Assembly (NCBI RefSeq): GCF_009914755.1 | Contig: NC_060926.1 | Strand: one strand, 5' to 3' | DNA: 64,000 nucleotides | Source: the human T2T-CHM13v2.0 reference genome, Homo sapiens | In this document: positions 30,827 to 42,648 of the stretch, piece after piece | Numbering within the stretch: position 1 is the stretch's first letter | How the letters are laid out: each line of letters begins with the position of its first letter | The notes under the pieces: generated by a model | Database searches by the model: none | Told to the model about the DNA's origin: nothing | What the model saw: the letters and a program-made list of their open reading frames with translations, nothing else | Program-made: the position numbers and the translations under genes

Positions 30827-30946
30827 CTTTACAGCTTCTCCCATCTTCTGTTATTTCGAATCCATCCTCACAGTAACATCTTGTACTATTTCTGACCATT
30901 GTACATTTATACTGACAATTCAGCTGTTGGCAATTGGATAACAGTT
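30827..30946 (-). CDS. LRP1B: LRP1B internal coding exon (probably exon 4), EGF-like repeat; 120 nt, phase 1-1
   Basis: Minus strand: acceptor ttttttctctacAG|AACTG at 30947/30946 and donor AAAG|GTAAGT at 30827/30826. Translates (E)[39 protein letters not shown] with six EGF-type cysteines, which I recognise as the LRP1B N-terminal region. Confidence 0.96.
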
Positions 30947-31879
30947 CTGTAGAGAAAAAACAAATATATTCTCTATATTTAACTGTATATGTAAATAGTT
31001 TGTATTTCTCAGTGTACAATCCTTACACTATAGTCTCGATTGTTCTCCCAGAAAGTTTATATGATTGGTCTAGAAAAAAAATTTACCTAAAATATGTTAG
31101 TTTACATTTGCTTGAATTATTGTAAATAAAATTCGAGATCAATCTGTTTGGTCTCCCGCTTTTTAGCTTATTACTGTGTTCATAGTCACAAAACCTTTCA
31201 AATTTGGTAAATTAAATTATTTCAAGAGGAAAGATGTCAACTCAGCGGTTGATTTTGCCATCTATGTCTTTCCTATCTGACACATCAATTGATTTTCTAG
31301 CTTTTGAGAGCTTGTTTTGATTTACTAATCCATGTGTAACCTTCATAGCAATCAATGTGAATATATCTCATATCAATATTTTATTTTTCTTTGGTAGAAA
31401 AATATTAGAGAAATACTGAACATAATATATTTCATTATATCTGAACTATTTGAGAAAAGACATGATTAAAGCAAAAGTTAGCAAACCTTCAGAGCAAATT
31501 AGGATTGAATATGATAAAAGCATGAAATAGAGATGAAGTGACAGGAGCACATTTATTGCACAAACAATCACTAACAGAAATAAGATTCGCTAAACTAGAT
31601 AAATATTGGATAGAAGCATGACTGTCTGAAAATAGGGGTATAAATAGATTGCTATGATACTGTTGTTTTTACTCTTTTCCCCAGAAAGGCAAATAAGGGT
31701 TTTGAAGATCAAAGTTAAATGATTCAAAATACATTGATATTTGCCAAGAGTTTAGCTGGTGCTACAGAAATAAAATCAAATTATAATTAAAAAATAAAAG
31801 CCCAATATGTAAAAGAACACCTGAAACATTCCAAACTGAACATTGGGTATTGTATTATAAATGTAGTTATCTATAGTAT

Positions 31880-33570
31880 ATCCTTAGTTCAATTACTGTT
31901 CAGCATTCTCATACAATTATTTCACACATCTTCACTTCTTAAAACTGCAAACCTCCTTCCTAATATTCTGTCATATATGATGATCCTGCTTCTTACTTCT
32001 TTGAGAAAACTGAAGCAATCAGAAGAGATTTTCCAGATTTATACTCCATTTCTATCCACATCTGCGTATACTGCTTCTCCTTGGATTTCACAGTTAGTTG
32101 AATTCGTAATCAAAGCTCCAACCCAACATCATATGTAAAAATCCCATCCCCTCTCACCTAGTCAAGGATATCACTTCAGCAGTGCTACACTTTATGTTCA
32201 TAGAATCAGTTCAAAATTGGCTTGAGTCTATAAGCTATTGTAATGTGATATTTATTGAGCACATAGTCAATGCTAATCACGCTGCTACAGTTCCACAGAT
32301 GCAAAATTCATTAAAAAAATTACAATATGAGTGTGGAAGTGAGTGGGATTAAGTGGACAGAACAACAATATAAAACAATGTTTATAAATCATAGTAGCAA
32401 AACACATATGCTAAATAAAAGTACAAGTGGTAGGATGTAGAAAGATTCATCTAGAAGCTGAATATGCAGGAAGATATCTGAGAAACAGTTGTAGAAGAAG
32501 TTGAATTTGAGTTGGGACTTAAAAGTATGAGAGTTTGGATAGACAAAATTAATGAGAATGTAGCCTAGGTAAAGAGGACAATATGAGAAAGTAAATAGAA
32601 AGACCTGAAAGCATGCAAGAAACACAGGCAACAATAACGAACGCTGCATTGCTAACCTATAATGCTTGATGTAGTTAAAAAAAAAAATGAGAGAGAGACT
32701 GGAATTGCTGTTTGGAGCCAGGTCAAGGTGAATTAATTCACGGATTAAGTAGAATTTTCTGTTTAGGCAACAGGAGACATAGCTGGTTATTGAGGACAGT
32801 AGTGATACATTCTGACTTGTATTGTTCAAAAGTACCTAACAGTAGAGAGAAAGATAGTAAAGGAAGAAAAGCTATCTAAGTGACTAGGAATGGCAAAATG
32901 CTAAATGAAGACTATGAATCTTTGCCTAGAAAGATGGCCAAACACTTGGTGAAAGCATAATGACACTAAATGAGTAGTACTAATAAAATGAATTAAGTAC
33001 AACAGAAGTACTACGAGTTTGGGAAGAAAATATTGTTTGTCTTTGATTATGTTTAGCTTAAAATATTGACAACATAATAGCCAGGGAGAAAGTGAGAATT
33101 TGGGTCTATCTTTGAAGAGAAGTCTGTAGTGGAGATATCAGTTTGGAAGTCACAAGCATAAAGTCGGTCATTGAAACCTAAAAAGTAAAGAAGCATTCCC
33201 TTAAGAAGAATATTTGGGTTACAAATAAAAACACCCATAGAACCTCTTCATGTGAAAATCAAAGAGAAGAGGTATCAGCGATAAGAACTACCACCAAGAA
33301 AAACTGCAAAATAATAAAGTACATAAGTGAAGAACCTAGAAAGTCTCACAAAACCTAAGGAAGAAGCGTAGTCTATAGAGGCAAGCAGGGAAATCAATGT
33401 TAAATTCATTGAGAAATAAACATGGATGAAGCCTGTAAAGTGCACTAGGCTTCCTAATAGGATCGATTGAGGGTGTTAAAAAGCATTAGAGTGGAGCAGT
33501 GAAGACAAAGGTGAATGTAATTAGGGGTTGGAACAGAAAGAGGAAGCAGGAAAGGTTTCTCACAGAAAAT
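31880..33570. mobile_element. L2 relics in both orientations
   Basis: Plus-orientation L2 motif (tgcttcttacttctttgagaaaactgaagcaatcag), then minus-orientation L2 from ~32245 (atttattgagcac). Confidence 0.55.
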
Positions 33571-34505
33571 AGATTCAGTTATACTATGAAAAGAATGAGG
33601 GTAGAGATTTGATCTAATTCATGTAGTCTCTACCTTAATGCAGGTGTATTCACTCAGTGAGTCAAATTTATTATTTTTCCATGTAATCCCTGGAGCCCAG
33701 CTGCACCTTTTCACTGTGTCAATCCAAAGTAGAAAATCCAAATACTATGGATCCCATCTTTCTACTCTCTCTACTTGACGTTTCTGGAAGATGGAGAGTG
33801 AACACTGAAAAGAGGGGGTTAGTGATATGGAAAGTTGAGGAGAAATACAAAATGCGGGAAAAATTAATCTGAAAGACCAGACCTCAAACATGGTTCTGAG
33901 TGTTAGGAGGAGATCTGTTAGTTGAAAATAGCAAAATATAGAAGGTCAAGTTAGCTTTTAGTTTATTAGACTTATCCTGCGTGAGGATTTGTATATGTGC
34001 AGAGTGATGACACGAGATGATTAAACAGTTTAGGATATTAGGTGAAATGGTAAATATTGATTCTGCTAACAGATCGTGAAGAACCATGAAGAACTAACAA
34101 TATGAATACTAAAATTTAAAATTTGGCAGACTGTGAAAGCAATAGTAATTATTAGAGTTATCTATTTGAACTGCTTAGCATTTATGCTTAGTTGCATGCA
34201 ATGCTATAATGACTATAAATATAGTTAAAAGCATATCAGATTAATTTTGTTAGAAAACTTATTTGAGTACAACAAAAAATTTTGTACTTGAACCATTAGT
34301 CTTCACCCAGTGACTTTCGTGAAGCATAGCCATTGGCTTATGTAACATTATCATTGGTTTGGAACTTAGACTGAAGTAGGAAGACCACTTGTATCTCAGG
34401 GAAGCAAATATGCAAGTGAGAACACAGACATGTAAACACGGTGTCTGATCCATATTCCTCACCATTATAAAATAAAACTATCCTTTTGATTAGAAGAGAG
34501 AAGCT

Positions 34506-34888
<383 letters not shown>

Positions 34889-34897
34889 TTATGACCT

Positions 34898-35281
34898 TGA
34901 TATGATTTGGCTCTGTGTTCCCACCCAAATCTCATGTTGAATTGTAATCCCCAATGTTGGGGTAGAAACCTGGAGGGAGGTGATTGGACTTGGGGGCAGG
35001 TTTTTCTCTTGCTGTTCTCATGATAATAAGTGAGTTCTCATGAAATCTGATTGTTTGAAAGTGTGTAGAACTTGCCCCTTCACTCTCTCTTCCTCCTGCT
35101 CTGGCCATGTAAGACGTGCCTCCTTTCTTTTTGGCTTCCACCACGATTGTAAGTTTCCTGAGGCCTCCTCAGCCATTCTTCCTGTACAGCCTGCAGAACT
35201 GTGAGCCAATTCAACCTTTTTCTTTATAAATTACCCAGTCTCAGGTAGTTCTTTATTGCAATGTGAGAATGGACTAATACA
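34898..35281 (+). mobile_element. MST-type (MaLR) solo LTR
   Basis: TGATATGATTTGGCTCTGTG...cccaaatctcatgttgaattgtaatcccc...ggactaatACA, with TG...CA ends and 5-bp flanks gacct/gccct. Confidence 0.9.
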
Positions 35282-35689
35282 GCCCTTAGCACAGTTGTAA
35301 AGGAGGAAAAGTTGCAAAAGAGAGTATTATTAAACTATGAATACACCTTCTCTATCAAATTCAAGGTAACAGTTTACAAGTAATGGGTAGCTTTGAGACA
35401 TCAAGACTTCTAAGCCATTTGATTTAGAAATAGTCAAAAAATAGATATCTTTGTATTATTAATAAATAGTAAGAGGGAGTCTAAAAGGATAAAAATTAAT
35501 TCAGAGTAAAACTGAAATTTCTTTCACCACTTATCTTGTTTTCTGAATGGTGGTAGAGTATTGTGTTGAGGCCTTTGTCTCTGCAACAAGAGTGCTTTAC
35601 CTCCAACTGTTTCAGTAATTTCGGCTATATGAGTGTGGCAGAGAATATTTAAGTGTGCATCAATCTTGTTTCCTCTTTCTAGGGAAATA

Positions 35690-36030
35690 AAAAGATGACA
35701 TTCCCCAGTTGTCTTCCAGTTAGATTGGAACCGTATTTTTGTCTTCTAGCCAATATAACGTAGAGAGTAATTGGTGTGTGCCACTCCTTGACCTGATGCT
35801 TACAGCATCCTGACAATCTTCTCCTCTCTGTACACTTGTCAGCCATCTGGGTGCAGGGAATCCAGCAGACTTCTCACCCTTTGGGATGGCACAAGCCCAC
35901 AATGGAAAGAGCCTGAAACAGCACCTGGGAAGTCAACCACTGATAACCCAACTGGACTGTGATATCAGCGAAAAATTGGATTATTGTTGTATTGAGTCCT
36001 TGAGATATCAAGGTTATTTGTTACATATGA
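35690..36030 (+). mobile_element. MLT1-type (MaLR) LTR fragment within MIR-like sequence
   Basis: ttccccagttgtcttccagttag...ctggactgtgatatcagcgaaaaatt...gttatttgttaca; MIR core motif follows at ~36070-36185. Confidence 0.55.
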
Positions 36031-37649
36031 GTGATGATGGGTACATGACTAAAGCTCTCATTACATGCTTTGCCTCATCTCTAAAATGGGGATAATAATA
36101 GAAACTACCTCATAAGCTTGTTGGGAGTCTTAAATGAGGTAAGTGATACAAAGTTCTTAAAATATTGCTGACACATAGTAACTATTTTTATTATCATAAT
36201 CATTTTTTATCAGTTTATCATTTAAGCTGAATCATCCATTTAGTATAACAGAATTTCTATTGTTATCCTGCCATATCGTATATACACTATAAGCAATTTG
36301 GTGCTGTTTATTTTTACATTAGAAGCGTTTTCTCTTTTATGCTTTTATTTTTGGGTGTGACATGACTCGGTTGTAGTTTTGTCATCTCTTGATGTCTCCT
36401 GGAGAAGTTTTTCATTTGTTTGTTTGGTAAGTTCTCTCAAATTTTTCACCTGAAAGCAAAATCTCCAACAGATAGTGAAACACTAATCATAAGAAATAAG
36501 GATTTTCTACATTGATCTCTTTGTATCTATAAAATACAAATATCACCCTCGGAAGCAATGTACATCCACATTGAATTTGCTACATAACCATGGGCCAATT
36601 TACAATTTAGACAAATAATTTTTATGAAATATACTAATTTGCATAGCTTTTAGGGGCTGTTTTGCTTTGTAACATCATTGGGATTTAGGACACCTTTTCA
36701 CAAATGTATGCGAGTATATGATTTAGGAAACACATGTAAATAAATCATGCTGACCTTCCTTAGAGTGAAAACAGGACAATAGAGAAAGGTGATTAGAAGT
36801 TGGCAAACAGTTTCCAAACATTACGAGTTATTACCAATAGAGGTCTTTTTTCCTCATTAGTTTTGTTTACATAAATAGCTCTAAGCCAAACAACCACTGT
36901 TTGCTATCTTTTGTGTATAGCTATCGGATCAACCATTGTATAGTCAATAGCATTATGCTGCTGCCTTTGTGACCTATAGTCAAATAACTCACATTGATCA
37001 TGTATTGGATTTAGCAAGACAGTGAGAACATGGCTGAGCTATTTTATTTGTATGCTTCCAGGTTATGTTTTGGAGAGTAAATTAGAACTTTTAGAAATTC
37101 TTTGGAAATACAGAATGGTATAAGCACCTTTCCATATACATAAATTATCTGCGATATCATTTTACAAAATGGGATGATATTTCATTCTCAATTTTAGTAA
37201 TAAAATTGCTTCTTAAATTAGGTGTGTGCAAAAATGCCTTTTATCCAACAACTAGAACCATAGTAATGAGGAAAAAATTATTCTTTCCCTATGTGGCACA
37301 TTAAAAAAACAAGTACCTCACTGTTTTTTATGCTTGAAGATTGAAAAGCTGACACAGCTACTTACCATGCCAGACAGCTCCTCTTGTCAGCAGGACATAT
37401 GCTTGACATATTTAGAATGGTGATAATTTGTGTCACATCATTCATCCTCTTACCCCTGTTTCTTTGGCCTAGTAAAATGCAGTGTGAGCTGGTTTGCAGA
37501 GATCAGGCCGTTGCTTATGACTGCTTACATGAATTTCTTCAGAATTTCCTTGTCTTAGTGCTAGACTACTTACTGGCCTCAAAGTTTCAGTGTGTTCTCT
37601 TACAAGAAGATAGAGCAGCGAGGCAATGCTTTTTTATTGCATTTTTTTC

Positions 37650-40555
37650 TATTTTTGGTATTTTAATGAAGTCCATATTTTAAATTCAGCAAAATTCATT
37701 CTTTCTCACGTACAATGCTGCAAGTTTTGATAAATGTGTATTGTTGTCTAACCAATACCATTCATAAGATACAGAACAGGATCATTACCCCAAAATACCC
37801 CCTTTGCACCTCTACAGTCAACCCATTGCCCTGCTGACAATTTTGGTGATCACTGATTGGTTTTTATCTCAATGGTTTTGTCTTTTCCAGTATGTCATAT
37901 AAATGAAATCATCTAGTATTTAGTATTTTGAGTCTGACATCTTTTACTTAGCATAATGTATTTGAGATTCATCTATATTATTGTTAGTATTAGGTAGTTC
38001 ATCTATATTATTGTTAGTATTAGGTAGTTCTCCCTTTTTGATTACTGAGTAATAATCCATGGTATAAACATACCTCACTTTGTTCATTCATTTCACAAGT
38101 AACACACATTTGAGTTGTTTCCAGTTTGGAGTTACTATGCATTAAGTCTCTATAAATATTTACATACAGATTTTGTGTAAATATAGGTTATTATTTTATT
38201 TGGGTAAATATGGGATTTCTGGGTTATGTGGTAAGTGGATGTTTTACTTTATAATAAATTACCAAACTATTTTTCAAAATGGCTGCATTCTTTTATAATC
38301 CTACCACCAATATATCAATCTTCCAGCTACTCTACCTTCTTCCCAGCAGTTGGTATTTTCAGCTTTTAATTTAATTTTATTTTTTAGTCATTTGAGTATA
38401 TATGTAGTGGTAGCTATTGTACAATTATTTTGATTTGCATTTTCTAATTATTATTGATTTTTTCATTGTGCTTATTAGCTAGTCATATATGTTATCTGCA
38501 GAGAAATTCTGTTCAATCTTCTGCCGACTGTTATTAGGTTGTTTTCTTATTATTGAGCTCTGAAAGAGAGAGAGCGAGACGGAGTGTGTGTGTGTGTGCG
38601 TGCATGTGTGAGCGTGTATATGTATTCTGGATACAAGTTTGTTACGAGATATATGATTTGTATATCGTTTCTCCTAGCCTATAGTTTCTCTTTGCATTCT
38701 CTTATTACTGCTTTTCAAATAACACAATTTCAAAGAAAAAAATCTTACATTTCATAAAATCAAATCTCAATATATTCTGTCATAAATCCTGCTTCGGGAG
38801 TTCTAAGAAATCCATTACTGACTCAATTTAGCCTATACTTCTTCTAGAAATTTTAAGTTTTAGATTTGTAGTTTATTTTTGTTTAATTTCCATAAATGGT
38901 AAAATCTATGACTGAAGGTTCATCATTTTGTACACAAATGTTAAATTGTTCCAGTACCATTTAGTGAGATTACTAACATTTCTCTGTTGAATTATCTTTG
39001 TACCTTTGTCAAAAATGAATTGACCAAGTATCCATGGGTATATTTTTGTACCCTTATGTTTCGTTAATCTGTATGTCTGTCCTTTCTATAAATTATGCTA
39101 TTTTGATGACAGCAAATCTTGAAATCTGGTAGCATAAATTTTTATGCCTTGTTCTTTTATATTTTTAGATTCCTTTAGATTCTAGGTCCTTTATATTTCC
39201 ATGTAAATTTTAGAAATAGCTTTTCAGTTCCTAAAGAATCCTACTAGGATATTAATTGGAATTATGTTAAATTTATAGATTGGGGGATATTGACATCTTA
39301 ACACTACTGAGCCTTCTAATTAAAAAATATGGTAGGTATATATGCATTTATTTTTAATTTTTTAAATTTTTCATGAGTTCCCCGCATATAGCTCTTCTAC
39401 ATATGTTGTTCAATTTATATCTGTCTCATAGTTTTGATTCTATTTTACATGGTATTATTCACTGTAATTTTCTATTGTCCATTGCTAGCAATCAATCAAA
39501 TATGATGAATTTATATATATTGAACTTGTATCATGTGACCTTGCTAAACAGAACAAAGAAAACTAAAAAGAAACACATTACAAATATCAAATTAGAAATC
39601 TAATGAATTATAAACATCAGCAAGGCAGCAGAAGATATCACTACAGACCCTATAGATTTAAAGGATAATAAAAGAAAACTATGAACAACTCTAGGCCCAT
39701 ATTGACAACTTAGAGGAAATAGAGAAGTTTCTTCAAAGTTACAAACTGCCAAAGCTCATTCAAGAAGAAACATATAATCTGAATATCCCTATATATATAG
39801 AAGAATTGAATTTGTGATTTAAAAACTTTCCCACACAAAAATGCTAGGCCTAGGTAGCTTCCCTGAAGATTCTACCAAATGTTTAAGGAAGAAATAAAAC
39901 TAATTCTGCATAAGCCCTTCTAGAAAACAGAAAGAAAGAAAACATTTTCCAACTAATTTATGAGGCTGGAATTACCCCAATCCACAAATCATATAAATGC
40001 ATTAAAGAAAAAATATAGAACAACATTCCTTATGAATATAGATGTGAAATTCTTCAAAATTACTAACCACTAAAATCCAGCAATATATAAAAGGATAATA
40101 TGTCATGGTGATGCCAGGCTGGTTTTGCATTTGAGAATCAATTAATCCAGATCACCCTATCAATCAGTACAGTAAGGGAAAAAAACCCTATCATTTCAAT
40201 AGATGCCCAAAAAGCGTTTAATAAAAAACAATACCCATTCATTATTTAAAATACAACCCTTGGCAATGTAGTAATAGAGGGGAATTTCTTCAACCTAATG
40301 AATGATTTTGCCCTTGAAACACGAACATGTCACAACAGAAGTAGGATAACTTCTCTTACCATTTATATTCAGTAATATATTGAAGTTTGTAACCAGTGCA
40401 TTAAGGGGCTTTAACAAAGTTTAGGAACACAAATTAGAAAGAATGAAATAAGTAAAACGGTTTCTGTTTGTAAGCAACAGAAACAACAAATGTCTACATA
40501 CAAAATTGTTTTTAAAACCATCAAAAACCCACCAGAACTAGTAAGCAATTATATT
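37650..40555 (-). mobile_element. Old L1M element with 5' inversion (minus 37650-39550, plus 39550-40555)
   Basis: The left part is the reverse complement of the L1M 3'UTR/ORF2 end. The right part is plus-strand ORF2 RT region (gatatcactacagaccc; tcatttcaatagatgc) ending where the minus part begins in the consensus. Confidence 0.75.
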
Positions 40556-40759
40556 GAAAGTTTATTTAATAAACGTGACTGACAACATTGTCACTTGATA
40601 ATTTTCATTTTGCATGTTAATATTTCATAAGATTTTACAACTATTTCAAAAAGAAAAAGCAAAATTTTCTATAATTTAGCTGTAATAAGGTGGAAGCTGT
40701 GGACCAACCATGTGGTCTGAGAAAATATTCCATGGACTGAGTTGGCGGTATTTAGTTAT

Positions 40760-41059
40760 TCATTATTTTATTTTATTGAGACAGAGTCTTACTCTTGTCA
40801 TCCAGGCTGGAGTGCAATGGAACCATCTCCCCTCACTGCAACCTTGTCTCCCGGCTTCAAGCAATTCTCCTGCCTCAGCCTCCTGAGTTTCTGGGACCAC
40901 AAGTGCCCGCCATCACACCCGGATAAATTTTGTATTTTTAGTAGAGATGGGGTTTCACCATGTTGGCCAGGCTGGTGTCGAACTGCTGACCTCAAGTGAT
41001 CCACCTGCCTTGGCCTCCTGAAGAGCTGGTATTACAGGCATGAGCCACTGCACCCTGCC
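40760..41059 (-). mobile_element. AluS-type SINE
   Basis: Full reverse-complement Alu dimer. Confidence 0.92.
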
Positions 41060-41130
41060 AAGTGGAGCCTGGAATTTATAAAAGATTGTATATGTTTTTT
41101 GGGTTTTGTTTTGTTTTTTAAAGTAATGAG

Positions 41131-41994
41131 GCCATTTGCTTTTTTCCTAGACTAACTACGTGGCTGTGCCTGGTCAAGCCTTGGGAGGCTGAGGCTATAG
41201 AGTTTCATCCATCAACCTTGGAAGAGCTGTCTTGGAGGCAGGCAGGGCCGGAGCCCCAGATATCACTGGACCTGAACCTAGAGCAAGCCTAGGACAGGGC
41301 ACTGGATAACTTCCCTGTGCTGAGCCGCTGCTCCTGCTAATGCACCTCCATCGGGCACCGAGCCCTTCCCGGAGATGAGAGGGGCCACAAACTCTCTCGA
41401 GACTCCCATGTCCAGGAGTCAATGGCTGAAACCACAAACAGGCTCCAGTCACCTCAAGAAGACGCAGATGCTACCAATGGAGGGGTCCAAAGCAGCCTGA
41501 GCCAGCGTTAGAGATACCAGCGGCTGCAGAGGTGGAAGGACACACACCCAGGGTGCCCTCTATGTTGCAGGGCACCCTCTACAGTTCAGGCCGCCCAGGA
41601 AGATGCTGAAATCCCAGGATTCCATCAGGAAGCAACCAGAAAGGAGAGTAACCCCAGCCTGTCTCCTGGACTGCAGCGCGACCCCCTTCAACTGCTGCCC
41701 TGGAAGGAGCCCAAGGCACCCCAGTGGAGGCCCTCATGCTGTCCCTGAGGATTCTGCGCTAGAACTGTACCCTGCATGCATAAGAGCCTTGAGGTCTATG
41801 CTGTGGAGATCATTCCTTAATTTGTTCTTTCTACTGAACGTCCTGAACATTTTTCATTTAGAAAAACTCTTCATGTAATGAATAATATGCAATGTGCTAA
41901 GGAACTCTTCCTTTAGATCTACTCAAAATTGCTATGTTTCTTCCACTGAAACTGTACACATTCAATAAAGCCTTTCCCTTATTCTCAAAACAAA
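41131..41994 (+). pseudogene. Processed retrocopy, probably C2orf27A/B-like (CDRT15-related family), disrupted
   Basis: GC-rich island with 11-bp TSD AAAGTAATGAG (41120-41130 and 41995-42005), AATAAA at 41964-41969 and an A-rich tail remnant. Conceptual peptides LEELSWR and APVTSRRRRCYQWRGPKQPEPA...LQGTLYSSGRPGRC* resemble my recollection of the C2orf27 protein. The parent assignment is from memory; the retrocopy structure is seen directly. Confidence 0.75.
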
Positions 41995-42347
41995 AAAGTA
42001 ATGAGATAGATGTGTGTGTGTGTGTACTCGATACATGTATATCTCCCCATCCTTTTTAATAGCTGCATATTGTTCCATTTTATGAATGATGAGTAATTTA
42101 ATTAACCAATTCTTTGCTGAAACACATTCAGTTTGTATGGTAAATACAGCTATCTGTTAAAAAATATTTGTGCTCTCCCTTGCATACTGCAGAATTGTTT
42201 CTGAGAAGTGACTATCCAGCCAGAGACTCTACGTCCTACCTCTCCTTTAGTCGGGTTAGAGCCATAGAACAGGTTCTCACCAATAGAACATGAGTGGAAG
42301 TGATATGCATAACTTCTGTGTCAGGGAGAGTAGGAATATGCATGTCT

Positions 42348-42648
42348 GGCCGGGCGCGGTGGCTCACGCCTGTAATCCCAGCACTTTGGGAGGCCGAGGC
42401 AGGCAGATCACAAGGTCAGGAGATCGAGACCATCCTGGCTAACACAGTGAAACCTGGTCCCTACCAAAAATACAAACAATTTGCCGGGGGTGATGGCAGG
42501 CGCCTGTAAAACCAGCTATTCAAGAGGCTGAGACAGAAGAATGGCGTGAACCCGGGAGGCAGAGCTTGCAGTGAGCAGAGATTGCGCCACTGTACTCCAG
42601 CCTGAGTGATGGAGCGAGACTCTGTTTCAAAAAAAAAAAAAAAAAAAA
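42348..42648 (+). mobile_element. AluY/Sc-type SINE
   Basis: ggccgggcgcggtggctcacgcctg...atcgagaccatcctggctaacac; long poly-A; TSD core gaatatgcat. Confidence 0.93.

Noticed and set aside
37384-37683. 99-aa hydrophobic plus-strand ORF
   Set aside because: Non-ATG start, antisense to LRP1B, runs into an L1 tail; hydrophobicity reflects T-richness.
41603-41878. 91-aa ORF inside the retrocopy as a possible new gene
   Set aside because: Overlaps the end and 3' part of a disrupted retrocopy, with no recognisable domain or expression evidence.
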